DNA of 64,000 nucleotides from Eledone cirrhosa (Eukaryota): NCBI GenBank assembly GCA_964016885.1, contig OZ024743.1, positions 90,644,001 to 90,708,000 of the forward strand, read 5' to 3'. Shown piece by piece: positions 40,200 to 53,225 of this stretch (position 1 is its first letter; each line of letters starts with the position of its first letter). The notes under the pieces were generated by a model. It saw only the letters and a program-made list of their open reading frames with translations, ran no database searches and was not told where the DNA came from. The position numbers and the translations under genes were made by a program.

Positions 40200-42904
40200 G
40201 TGAGGGCTGCGCATGGTAGTGGGGTGGCTGGTGAGGCCATGTGCGAGAACCCTCCGACCGTCATCAAACAATTGCACTACAGGAACAGGGAAAGGGATAA
40301 GAATATGAAGACGTCGCATCTCAGAGTTGCAACACTTAATGTTGGCACTTTCATAGGTAGATCTGGTGAAATAGTGGAGATGTTGGAGAGAAGGCATGTG
40401 GATGCGTGCTGCGTGCAAGAGGTGAGATGGAGTGGTGCCTCTGCGAGACTAATAACAGGCAAATATCTTACTTATAAGCTTTCCTGGGTGGTTAATGATG
40501 ATGGTTAGGGGAAGAAGGCATTTTCCTGGCTGAGAGATGGATCGATAAGACAATAGAGGTAGTTAGAGTTAGTAATAGAATAATTAAGCTTAGATTAGTT
40601 GTAGGCTACTGACAATCATCTCTGCCTATGTTCCCCAGGCAGGCCTAGGTAAAGAAGAGAAAGACTGCTTTTAAGAGCAACTTTTACAAACAGTCGCAAT
40701 ATCAGAGGACAGAGACATCGTTATGCTAGCAGGGGACGTCAATGGTCATGTTGGACAGCTTCAGGATGGTTACACTGGAGTACATAGTGGGCACGGCTAG
40801 GGCTCAAGAAATGAAGAAGGAGTGGGACTTCTTGAATTTTGTGATGCAAGTGCACTAACCATTTGCAACACTAACTTCCAGAAACCTGCCAACAACCTAA
40901 TAACCTACAAATCAGGCAAGCACATAAGCCAGATTGACTTCTTGCTAGTTAGGCAGCAGGACAGACAGATGGTGTCAAATACCAAGGCATACCCCTGGGA
41001 AGAATGTATCCCACAACATAAGTTAGTCGTTAGTGATATTGCTGTAAGTAAGAGATGGAATTAGACATACAGGAAGATGTGGAGAAGAAAGGTCTGGAAG
41101 TTAAAAGACCTTTTACTAAAATACAAATTTAGGAAAGCCCTTCAAGATGTGTATGACGAAAAAGAAGATGATTTAGAGTTGTATGACATAGATGATAGCT
41201 GGAATTTCTTATGTGACAACTTACTTCAGGCTACTGAAGAAACTTGTGGCTGGAGCAGAGCTCCAACCAGACAGAGAGTGACCTGGTGGTGGAACAGCAC
41301 GGTAGATAGGGCCATTAGAGACAAAAGACTAGCATGGAATGCTTGGGAAAATGGTGGGAGTAGAGAAGGATATACAGAAAATGGAGGCCTGGAAATGTAA
41401 TTATGAGAGACTGATGAATGTGGAGAACGAATGGGAGAGAGAGAAATTACTTCCAGTAGATCCGACAGAGGGACCAGGTATTAATTATAGGGGTATAAAA
41501 CTGATGGATCAGGTTATGAAAGTGGCAGAAAGGATATTAGCACAACTAATTAGAGAAAGGTCAAACTAGATGAGATGCAGTTTGGTTTTGTGCCTGGGAA
41601 AAGTATAACGGATGCCCTCTTCTTAGTGAGACAATTACAAGAGAGGTTCTTAGAGAAGAATAAGCCACTATACTTAGCTTTTGTTGACCTAGAGAAGGCC
41701 TTTCATAGGGTACCCCGATCTGTCATCTGGTGGTCCCTAAGGAAGGTGGGTGTTGAGAAATGGCTTGTGAGGACAGTACAAGCTTTATACAGAGGTGTTG
41801 TCAGTAAAGTCAGGGTAGGAATGGAGTTTAGTGAGGAATTCCAGATACAAGTAGGGGTACATCAGGGTTCGGTCCTCAGCCCGCTCAACAGAGGAATTTA
41901 AGACTGGCTGTCCATGGGAACTTCTCTATGCTGACGATCTGGTTCTTATAGCAGAATCAGTAGAGGAGCTAAAGAATAAATTCTGGCTATAGAAACAGCA
42001 GTTTGAATCAAGAGGACTGAGAGTGAACCTAGCTAAGACAAAAGTGTTGATGAGTAGAAAAGAGGACAAAACTCTGATCCCGTCAGGGAAATGGCCATGT
42101 TTGATATGCAGAAAAGGAACTGGCATACATTCTGTAAAATGTACACAATGCAGATCTTGGGTACACAAGAGATGTAGTGGGATAGCAGGCAAACTAACAG
42201 GTAGGGAGAAATACGTATGCATTAGATGTACAGGGAAATTTGACAGTAGAAGTCGCATTGATACACATTTTTCAAATGCAAGTGGGTGCTATAGAAGTGG
42301 TTGATAGCTTCCGGTACCTAGGAGATCAGATTAGCATGGGAGGGGGCTGTTCCGAGGCCATAGTATCTAGAATAAGGACGGGTTGGAAGAAGTTTAGGGA
42401 GCTGCTTCCTCTGCTGACGAAGAAGGGTTTCTCTCTGCATACGAAAGGCCGGGTATATGATGCCTGTTTGAGGTGCGCGATGCTGCATGGTAGTGAAACA
42501 TGGGCAGCAACTGCAGAGGATATGCGACGGCTGGAGAGAAATGAGGCAAGCATGCTCCGTTGGATGTGCAATGTCAATGTGCGTGAACGACCGAGCATGG
42601 ATGTGTTGAGAGAGAAACTGTGTCTGAGAGGGATAACTTGTTGTGTGCGGGAGAGGAGACTGTGATGGTATGGACATGTGATGTGCATGGAGGATGACCG
42701 ATGGGTGAAGAAGTGCCAAGAAATGCCAGTTGAAGGGAGATGTAGTAGAGGAAGACCACGAAAAACATGGGCGGAGGTGGTGAGAGCAGACCTCAGATCG
42801 CTGAATATGACGAAGGAGTGACAAGTGGAGAGATGCTCTGCTGAATAAGACCCATCCCACCCTTGCAAGCAGGGAAAAGCGGATGTAAAATGATGATGAT
42901 GATG

Positions 42905-42906
<2 letters not shown>
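40200..42906 (+). mobile_element. Near full-length RTE LINE with deletions (APE + RT + PHD)
   Basis: ATLNVGT, CVQEVRW, SAYVPQ, GDVNGH, QIDFLL, QHKLVV, RT motifs and (GAT)n tail. Confidence 0.95.
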
Positions 42907-42976
<70 letters not shown>

Positions 42977-43194
42977 ATATACATATGTATGTGTGTTCTG
43001 GTTCTATTAAACCCATCCTGAAAATATTCTCTGAAATATATTGTAAACACTTGAAACTGACTCTAACTTAACAAGACTAAGATGGCCATAAATGATATAA
43101 ATAAACAAAGAAATAAAGAAACACAAAGAAACAAAAACTAAAAATACAATAAGATACATTTAAATAGGATTGATATATATGTATATATATATGT

Positions 43195-43439
43195 ATCATC
43201 ATCATCATCTTCGTTTAACGTCCATTTTCCACGCTAGCATGGGTTAGACGGGAATTGTCCCACTTGAGGCAAGGTTGGTTGGGTGACCCTGTCTCGCTCA
43301 TATAGGACTATCTGGTGGGTTTTCTAAGGCTGGATGCCCTTCCTAAAACCAACCACATTTACAATGTGGAACTGGGAACTTTTTACCGTGTTACCTACAC
43401 GGCCACATTACAGCGTGGACTGTGTTTTTTTTTCTCGTG

Positions 43440-43445
<6 letters not shown>
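43195..43445 (-). mobile_element. RTE 3' UTR fragment
   Basis: Reverse complement of the 36810-37050 terminus. Confidence 0.85.
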
Positions 43446-43522
<77 letters not shown>

Positions 43523-43558
43523 GTTAAAACAATCAAATCTTAGTTTAATACATTTATT

Positions 43559-43605
43559 TGCTGACAATTGTTTCTTCCAGAGGGCTGTCTGGAATCATTG
43601 GATAA
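43559..43605 (-). ncRNA. Decayed hammerhead (homolog of 63296-63342)
   Basis: CCAATGA-TTCCAGA...TCTGGAA-GAAA-C AATT G-TC^AGCA. G5 mutated and stem I eroded. Confidence 0.55.
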
Positions 43606-43872
43606 ATAAGGAATGTCTATACAGGTGATTAAAATCCTAGTCTTCAGAACATTCAGGTAGATACATAAGTGTTGTTTGTGTCCTAGACATCATGTAGAGA
43701 ATTGGGAGTTAAAAGAATGTTATGTTTCAGAGAACACAATTACAAGGAGCAATGGTGAAAAGTACAATAGGTACAAGCATAAAGTACAAGCAAAAAAAGT
43801 TACAAGCAAGAAAAAAATGTAAGATAGGATAGACTTAAGATATCATATCATTTGAGATCAGATAATGTTAAG

Positions 43873-43925
<53 letters not shown>

Positions 43926-43947
43926 GTATATATATATATATAAATAT

Positions 43948-44072
43948 ATATGGAAAGAGTCCGGACCCCGACAGCTGAGCTCCAGCCGTTTCGACAGCTA
44001 GATCCAAACAGTTCGGATCAAGCTGTTGAAACGGCTGGAGCTCAGCCGTCGGGGTCCTGATTCTTTCCATAT
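43948..44072. repeat. 125-nt near-perfect palindrome built from a hammerhead 3' half
   Basis: Each arm contains GAAA-CGGCTG gagct CAGCYG-TC-GGGGTC. Related sequence at 39220-39375 (-). Confidence 0.85.
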
Positions 44073-44523
44073 TACCCACTCTACTACTCTAAGTATCGAG
44101 TACTCTGGTGCATTATGGTCCACCTGGTATCTTACCACACCTTCTTTGTTATATATATATATTTAATATAGAAATAGCTTCTACAGGACTAGAACTATTT
44201 CATTCGGAGGAAATCATCAGGAAAGTCGACTGTCAATGTAATATGGTGATATTTATACATTTTCTGGAGGTAGTGGAGGGTGGTGATTGGGATGGGTGGA
44301 GGTCATTGGCTGATGGATTTAAAGAATGGGGATTCTTTAAAAAAACTACATACACATATATATATCAACTAGAAATTGATTGACACATATATATATATAT
44401 GTAAAACAAACACATGAAACAATCGCAGGGGATAATTTGTAAAGTGTGTAACCACGCACAGCTAGGTAGGTAACTAATTAAAGTTTAACTAGAACTTCGA
44501 ATATAGATACCTTTAAAATGATT

Positions 44524-44620
44524 AATCTTCCTTGTATATATTTCATTAAAGAAATATATTTCACCATCAATCGGTAAATCACAGTAGTCAAATCACGAAT
44601 TTTCAACAAGGGAGAAGATT
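44524..44620 (-). ncRNA. Degenerate hammerhead candidate (UUGAAAA core)
   Basis: AATCTT..CCTTG-TTGAAAA-...-GAAA-T AT A-TA^CAAGG AAGATT. Stem I is good but the stem II base pairs poorly. Confidence 0.4.
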
Positions 44621-45259
44621 TAACTATCTGTGTTTACACAGCAAATGCAAATCTATGGATATGGCGCATGTCTCTCGGACATGACACCCTTAATTTAATT
44701 TTGGATATACACATATATATATTTTTTTTCAAGCAAGGTTCAATTATGCTAAGCAGACAAAAGGAATTTCTTTAAGCAGCTGTATTAACATGCTGTGTTA
44801 AAATCTACAAAATGGTCAGGTGTTTACAATCACACACAAACACACACGCCCACACACACGCATACACACAAACACCCACATGTGTACATATACATACATA
44901 ATTTTGCATCTAATAACTGCATACACACATGTACAGATACTAAGCATAACACATGCACACATACAACTCAAAACATCCACATCCACACATACAATAACAT
45001 CCATATCTACACATGCATGCAGAAAGACATACATATCTACCTAGTTGATGTTGTGTAAATTCCAATGAGGGAGTCTTGTATCTATGTTAGAAACTGACTC
45101 TCTCTCTATTGGCAAAAATTTGTGAAATTATAAAACCAGAAGAACATACATACATATCTATAAATACACACATATACATATGTATATACATACATGCACA
45201 TATAAAAAAAAAAAATATATATATATACACACACACACACACCGACACACATATACATC

Positions 45260-45370
<111 letters not shown>

Positions 45371-45820
45371 TTGTAGGCACCTGACCGTTTTTGCAGACCT
45401 CACCTTCCTTTAGTAGAGCATTTTCATATTGCCACTCAATGAAAACTCTTTGTTTGCTTAGAATAAATGAACCTTGAAAATTAGGAGTGCCTGTCAGTAT
45501 ACTGTGTTTGTCTATAGTTACTTATCACGAATTTACTTTTGCCTTTGTATCACTATGTATTTTTCTGTAAATATATCTTTATAAAAGAATCCCCATTCTT
45601 TAAATCCATAAGCCAATGACCTCCACCTATTCCAATCACCACCCTCCCCTACCATCAGAAAATTTATAAATACCACCATATTACATTGACAGTCAGCTTT
45701 CCTGGTGATTTCCTCCGAACGAAACAGTTCTAGTCCTGTAGAAGACATTTCTATATTAAATATATATATATAGTCACTGTATATTTTAGAAAATATCATA
45801 TATTTTCACTAGCTCTGACA

Positions 45821-45902
45821 GTTGGCAGGTGAACAGTAAACTACACTGATGAAGGGTAATACCCAGAAACATTAGTGTCTGCAGTTCTGTTTACATGCCA
45901 AC
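45821..45902 (+). ncRNA. Type I hammerhead ribozyme with extended stem I
   Basis: GTTGGCA g GTGAACAG ta AACT a CA-CTGATGA-aGGGT aat ACCCa-GAAA-CA ttag TG-TC^TG c AGTT CTGTTTAC a TGCCAAC. Confidence 0.85.
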
Positions 45903-46075
45903 ACAAGAGCAAGAATGAGAGGCTGATTCTACTGACATGGCTTTAAAAAAGAGGCTGTTTGCATAATCGCAAACGAATCGAATATTATTATTAATATTAC
46001 GGGGTCGATAAAATAAAGTACCAGTAATACACTGGGTTATTGCTGGCTTTGTGCCTAACGTAGAAACAATTATTA

Positions 46076-48436
46076 ATATTTGCAACACTAACTTCCAGAA
46101 ACCTGCCAACCACCTAATAACCTACAAACCAGGTGAGCACATAAGCCAGATTGACTTCTTACTAATTAGGCAGCGGGACAGGCAGATGGTGTCAAATACC
46201 AAGGCATACCCTGGGGAAGAATGAGCCCCACAGCATAGTTTAGTCGTTAGTGATATCTCAGTAAGCAAGAGACGGAATGAGACATACAGGAAGGTGTGGA
46301 GAGTACAGGTCTAGAAGCTAAAAGACCTTTCACTAAAATACAAATTTAGGAAAGCCCTTCAAGATGTGTATGACGAAAAAGAAGACGATTTAGAGTCATA
46401 TGACATAGATAATAACTGGAATTTCTTACATGACAACTTACTGCAGGCTACTGATGAAACTTGTGGCTGGAGCAAAGCTCCAACCAGACCGAGAGTGACC
46501 TGGTGGTGGAACAGCACAGTAGATAAGGCCATTAGATACAAAAGACTAGCATGGAAGGCTTGGAAAAAGGGTGGGAGTAGGGAAGGATATACAGCCGCTA
46601 AGAGAGAAGCTAGACGTCAGGTGTATTTCGAACGCAGGGAGGCTGAGAGTAGGAGGTTTGCCAATGTTCTGCGACGAGAGGATCAGAGACGTGCAGTGTT
46701 CGACATTGCAAGGCAGTGTGTCAATGCAGATCAGAAAAAGGAGGCCTGGAAATGTCATTATGAGAGACTGATGAATGTGAAGAACGAATGGGAGAGAGAG
46801 AAATTACCCTCAGTAGATCCGACAGAGGGACCAGTTATTGAGATTGACGAATATAGGGTCCAAGAGGCGATTAAGGAAATGAAAAATGGTAAGGCCGCTG
46901 GACCATCGGGGATAGTTACTGAGATGCTGAAGGCATCAGGGGACGTAGGCGCTAAACTGGTTGCACGCATCATCAATCAGGCTATATATGGCAGTGTCAT
47001 ACCCAAAGACTGGTGGAGCAGTATTCTCATAAATTGTTACAAAGGTAAAGGGGATGCTCTGGAGAGGAGTAATTATAGGGGTATAAAACTGATGGATCAG
47101 GTTATGAAAGTGGCAGAAAGTATATTAACACAACTAATTAAAGAAATTTCAAACTAGATGAGATGCAGTTTGGTTTTGTGCCTGGGAAAACTACAACAGA
47201 TGCTCTCTTCTTGGTGAGACAATTACAAGAGAGGTTCTTAGAGAAGAATAAACCACTATACTTAGCTTTTGTTGACCTAGAGAAGGCCTTTGATAGGGTA
47301 CCTGATCTGTCATCTGGTGGTCCCTAAGGAAACTAGGTGTTGAGGAATGGCTTGTGAGGACAGTGCAAGCTTTGTACAGAGGTGCTGTCAGTAAAGTGAG
47401 GGTAGGAATGGAGTTTAGTGAGGAATTCCAGATACAAGTAGGGGTACATTAGGGTTCGGTCCTCAGCCCGCTCTTGTTCATTATAGTCCTCCAAGCCATA
47501 ACAGAGGAATTTAAGACTGGCTGTCCATGGGAACTTGTCTATGCTGACGATCTGGTTCTTATAGCAGAATCAGTAGAGGAGCTAAAGAATAAATTCTGGC
47601 TATAGAAACAGCAGTTTGAATCAAGAGGACTGAGAGTGAACCTAGCTAAGACAAAAGTGTTGATGAGTAGAAAAGAGGACAAAACTCTGATTCCATCAGG
47701 TAAATAGCCATGTTTGATATGCAGAAAAGGAACTGGCATAAAATTCTGTAAAATGCACACAATGCAGATCTTGGGTACACAAGAGATGTAGTGGGATAGC
47801 AGGCAAACTAACAGGTAGGGAGAAATACGTATGCATTAGATGTACAGGGAAATTAGACAGTAGAAGTCGCATTGATACACATTTTTCAAATGCAAGTGGG
47901 TGCTATAGAAGTGGTTGATAGCTTCCGGTACCTAGGAGATCTGATTAGCATGGGAGGGGCCTGTTCCGAGGCCATAGTATCTAGAATAAGGACGGGTTGG
48001 AAGAAGTTTAGGGAGCTGCTTCCTCTGCTGATGAAGAACGGCTTCTCCCTGCATATGAAAGGCCGGTTATATGATGCCTGTGTGAGGAGCGCGATGCTGC
48101 ATGGTAGTGAGACATGGGCAGCAACTGCAGAGGATATGCGACGGCTGGAGAGAAATGAGGCAAGCATGCTCCGTTGGATGTGCAATGTCAATGTGCGTGA
48201 ACGACCAAGCATGGATGTGTTGAGAGAGAAACTGTGTCTGAGAGGGATACATTGTTGTGTGCAGGAGAGAAGACTGAGATGGTATAGACATGGGATGCGC
48301 ATGGAGGATGACCGGTGGGTGAAGAAGTGCCAGGAAATGCCAGTTGAAGGGAGACATAGTAGAGGTAGACCACAAAAAACATGGGCGGAGGTGGTGAGAG
48401 CAAAAGCGGACGTAAAATGATGATGATGATGATGAT
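46076..48436 (+). mobile_element. RTE LINE, 5'-truncated (same subfamily as 40200-42906)
   Basis: ORFs 46366-47157 and 47872-48420, with (GAT)n tail. Confidence 0.95.
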
Positions 48437-48454
48437 TCGAAAAATTCAGATTAC

Positions 48455-48510
<56 letters not shown>

Positions 48511-48640
48511 CAAAGCTGTGGTAAGGTACCACTAAATAAGCTCTCTTGTAACAGATTAAGTATTGTTTTCCTTGACCTTTTATCTACAGATATCCTGCAT
48601 ACACACACACAAATATATATATATGTGCGTGTGTGTGCGC

Positions 48641-48720
<80 letters not shown>

Positions 48721-49306
48721 AAATATTACTGAATCCATTGGGTGTGTGTTTGAGTGTGTGCATGTGTATGTATATATATATATATATATATAGTAATAAT
48801 AATAAATTTTAATAAATATATATATTTTTATTTTATTACTAATTATATCTAAATGTTTCTTCTCTCTTCATAATGTATTTTTAACTCTGATACTGGTTCA
48901 GTCTAATTCAACCGGATTGGTCTGTCCCAGTCATTCATTGAGCAACATCGGTAAGGTTGGTACCATTAACTCACGGTTGGGTGTGGATGCATTCATGCAT
49001 ATGTGTGTGTCCGCATGTATCTGTGTGTTTCTAAATATATTGTTCATAACTCCCTCTGGTCGAGTAATCTTTGAAGTGTGGTGACTGCTGGAAAGCTGCC
49101 ATTACTCATACTTCTCGCCTCCTTCACCACCTCGTCTACGGCTTCGATATAAATACCCCCTCCGCCTCCGTGGTATTTTCTTCGGGGTTATAAGAGGCTT
49201 AGCTCTGTTTCTCGACCGTTATATCGCGTGACTATCTCCCCCTCCGCCTTTTGGGATTCTTTCTCACGTCGTGTAGACGCGTTCTTGAAGCTAGTAAAAT
49301 GAGGTA

Positions 49307-49396
49307 TCCTCTTGATAAGTCGGCAGACCTCGCAAGGACTCTATATCTTTATGATGTGTTGTTTTTGTTTATGCCACGAAACTACGTAGTCGAGGA
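49307..49396 (+). ncRNA. Hammerhead ribozyme, U3-A8 compensatory core variant
   Basis: TCCTC-TTGATAA-GTcGGCA...TGCCAC-GAAA-CTACGTAG-TC^GAGGA. Confidence 0.8.
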
Positions 49397-49465
49397 ATCT
49401 AGGAACAGTTTAGGTATGATACATTTTATTACTAATTATATCTAAATGTTTCTTCTCTCTTCATA

Positions 49466-49545
<80 letters not shown>

Positions 49546-49644
49546 GTAATCTGAATTTTTCGAATCATCATCATCATCATCATTTTACGTCCGCTTTTGC
49601 TCTCACCACCTCCGCCCATGTTTTTCGTGGTCTACCTCTACTAT

Positions 49645-50540
49645 AGACAGCTTCTGCTACCTAGGTGACCGAATTAGCAGCGGAGGTGGGTCTTCAGAAA
49701 GTACAATAGCTAGGGTAAGAACGGGATGGAAGAAGTTTAGGGAACTACTACCACTGCTAGCTGCAAAAGGCTTCTCCCTCAAAATGAAAGGCAGACTGTA
49801 TGATGCGTGTATCCGAACAGCGATGTTGCATGGTAGTGAGACCTGGGCGCCGAAGGTGGAAGACTTACGTAGATTAGAGAGAAACGAAGGCTGCATGCTC
49901 CGATGGATGTGTAATAGTAATATACGTGAACGACAAAGCATAAATGAATTGAGAGAGAGACTGAGCATAAGAGGAATCAAATGATGTGTGCAGGAGAGGC
50001 GGTTGCGTTGGTATGGACATGTGATGCGTATGAAGGATGACAGCTGCATAAAAAGGTGCAGAGCACTAGAAGTCGATGGAAACCACGGAGTGGGGAGACC
50101 CAAGATGACCTGCGATGAGGTGATAAAAGCCGACCTTACCCAATTACACCTCTCAAAGGCGATGACACACGACCGTGACTTCTGGCGTCACGCAGTAATA
50201 CAGAGTACCCGACCTCCCATGGGTACAAGCTGAATCATATAGACAATATGCCCCCACACCTCCCACTGCAAGGTGGTCGTGGAGGTGCCACGGCAAAAAA
50301 GCACCGAGTCCACACTGTAAAGTGGACGTGTAGGCGCCACGAAAAAGCAACCAGCACTCACTGTAAATGAGGTTGGTGTTAGGAAGGGCATCCAGCTGTA
50401 GAAATCAAGCCAAATCAGTTCCTGTATGAGCAAGGTATTGTCAGCCGACCAGACACTGCCCACAACAGGACAACCCGTCTAACCCATGCTAGCGTGGAAG
50501 AACGGACGTAAAACGGTGATGATGATGATGATGATGATGA

Positions 50541-50543
<3 letters not shown>
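49645..50543 (+). mobile_element. RTE 3' fragment (subfamily of 1-2540)
   Basis: FCYLGDRIS...RRLRWYGHV, 3' UTR and (GAT)n. Confidence 0.95.
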
Positions 50544-50604
<61 letters not shown>

Positions 50605-50709
50605 GTATGTATGTATATCCGAATACACTTTATACACAAGAACTAGTTGGCTTCATCAGCTATTGAGATCTTTTGATGCAACAAAAAAAAAACAAGAACT
50701 AATTCAGTG

Positions 50710-50764
<55 letters not shown>

Positions 50765-50853
50765 CTCAAACACACACACATATCTTATATTCATATATGT
50801 GTGTGTATATACACACACATATACATCTATCTATATGTATGTATGTATTTATG

Positions 50854-50953
<100 letters not shown>

Positions 50954-51173
50954 TATTTATATATATACATACAAATATTTATACACACCCACACACATAT
51001 ACTAAAAGGATAAACAAACCACTTACTCCACTCATTATATATCTGTTGTTCTGTTGTTAGCTTACACATTTATTTCACATCAATCCTGAAAATCATTAGT
51101 AGCTATAAAGATCTTGTTCATATTTCTTCTCCAGCAAATCCAACAACCCAGTTTTCAGCACCAGTTTTCATTG

Positions 51174-51279
51174 ATGGATCCTAAGAACATGTTGATATTT
51201 TCTTCGGTCTGTATATTTCTAATCATCTTTAATGTCGCAGCAGCAACTTTGGAAGTCGACCCTGATGAACAACCAAATG
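51174..51279 (+). CDS. Putative first coding exon of a secreted protein/peptide precursor (signal peptide plus acidic start)
   Basis: MDPKNMLIFSSVCIFLIIFNVAAA-TLEVDPDEQPN has an n/h/c signal-peptide layout and ends at a phase-1 G|GTATTT donor. TATAAAG at 51104 and an acceptor-like ttcttctccag at 51134 lie upstream. Not repeat-derived. Confidence 0.55.
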
Positions 51280-51599
51280 GTATTTATCGATTTCTATTAT
51301 TTCTATTATGTGTTTGAGCCAAGGGGTTGAGGCCATGCTGGGGGACCGCCACCAATGCTACACTTTCTATAGCCAGCCTTCCCTGGTTGGTCATTGATGC
51401 AAAAGAGAGTTTGTTGTTGCTGTTCTTATTTGTGCTTCGCTTCATAATGTGGGTTCATGTAGGATCTTTGTCAGTAGAATGTCGAGATGTCTCTACACCA
51501 TGTAGATTTTTTGGCAGCTTATTCTTCCATTATCTATTATGTGTTCCAGCCGGGAGGCCATGCTGCGACACCATCACCACATTTTTGGGGGGGTATTTT

Positions 51600-52745
51600 T
51601 CCCCAATAATTATTGTTGAGCACAGTGAACCAAAACTAGGTAGAAAAATAATCATTATTACGATCTGAGTTCAAATCCCGCCGAGGTTGACTTTGCCTCT
51701 CATCCTTACGGGGTCGATAAAATAAAGTACCAGTAATGCACTGGATAATTGCTGGCCTTGTGCCTAAAGTAGAAACAATTATCAAATAGTTGAATAAGTT
51801 GAGTTCTCTCACCGTAACATGTGTTCTTGGTTTTCACCATCTTATGTCTTTGGCGTAGCATTGAATTTAATAATAATAATAATTGTTTCTACTATTGGCA
51901 CAAGGCTAGCAATTACCCAGTACATTACTGGTACATTATTTTATCAACCCCGTAAGGATGAAAGGCAAAGTTAACCTCGGCAGGATTTGAACTCAGAATG
52001 GCAAGGGCCGTAACTCTATGCGTCAAAGCATAGCGTCCAACCCTCTACCGATACTGCCAACCCACCGCCCTTTGCCTTTCATCCTTATGGGGTTGATAAA
52101 ATAAAGTACCAGTAATACACTGGGGTCAATTTACTTACCTCTGCCCCAAATTGTTGGCCGTGTGCCTAAATCAAAAACCATTTAATAATAATAATAATGG
52201 TTTCTGATTTAGGCACACGGCCAACAATTTGGGGCAGAGGTAAGTAAATTGACCTCAGTGTATTACTGGTACTTTATTTTATCAACCCCATAAGGATGAA
52301 AGGCAAAGCTTAACATTGCTGGGATTTGAACGTAAAGGGACGCAACTAATAATTGTTTCTACTTTTGGCACAAGGCCAGCAATTATTGCAGTTCATTACT
52401 GGTACTTTATTTTATCGACCCCCGTAAGGATGAAAGGCAAAGTTAACCTTGGCGGGATTTGAAGTCAGACCATAAAGGGGCGTAACTCTATGCTGCGAAG
52501 CATGGCGTCTGACCTTCTACCGATACTGCCAATCCCCAGCAACTAATAATAATTGTTTCTACTTTTGGCATAAGGCCAACAATTACCCAGTACATTACTG
52601 GTACTTTATTATATCGACCCCGTAAGGATTAAAGGCAAAGTTAACCTCAGCGGGATTTGAACTCAGACCGTAAAGGGACGTAACTATGCTGGAAAGCATG
52701 GCGTCCGACTCTCTACCGATACTGCCAATCCACCAGCAACTAATA
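51600..52745. mobile_element. Cluster of about 6 SINE copies in mixed orientation
   Basis: Repeated SINE body. Includes a tail-to-tail near-perfect palindrome at 52070-52308. Confidence 0.9.
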
Positions 52746-53102
52746 ATAAACGATGATGATGATGATGATGATATATATATATATATATATACATCCGTCT
52801 AACCCATGCTAGTGTGAAAAGAGGACGTTAAACGAGGATGATGATGATGATGATGATATATATATATATATTTGAGTTCTTAAACACGTGGTTAAAATAC
52901 CTAACAGGCTTCAATGTCCAGCGTGTATATTATTTTATATTTTACGATGACCCCCCCCCCCCCTTCCCTTTTTGGGGACAGTGTGAATTTTCTTTTTGAA
53001 GGACTACTGGCTTTTCGAATCTAGCTGTCCTTCTAGGACTGACGGAGACCATCACTAATTATTAATATCGATGTAATTTTTTATATCGATATTGCATGGG
53101 CA

Positions 53103-53225
53103 TCCACTGATGAGTTATAAGGGCCCGCTTGTGTGTATATCTATGGATTATATACAAGTTTCTACATAACCTGGACATTATTTATCCCAATTTGTAGAAA
53201 TCTTATAACGAAACGATTGTATGGA
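53103..53225 (+). ncRNA. Hammerhead ribozyme with branched (three-way junction) stem II
   Basis: TCCA-CTGATGA-GTTATAAGG[CTTGTGTGTA..TATATACAAG][TTTCTACA..TGTAGAAA]TCTTATAAC-GAAA-C GATT G-TA^TGGA. Confidence 0.85.

Noticed and set aside
50615-50670. CTGATGA on minus strand beside (TA)n
   Set aside because: No GAAA or stem III downstream. At most a truncated half.
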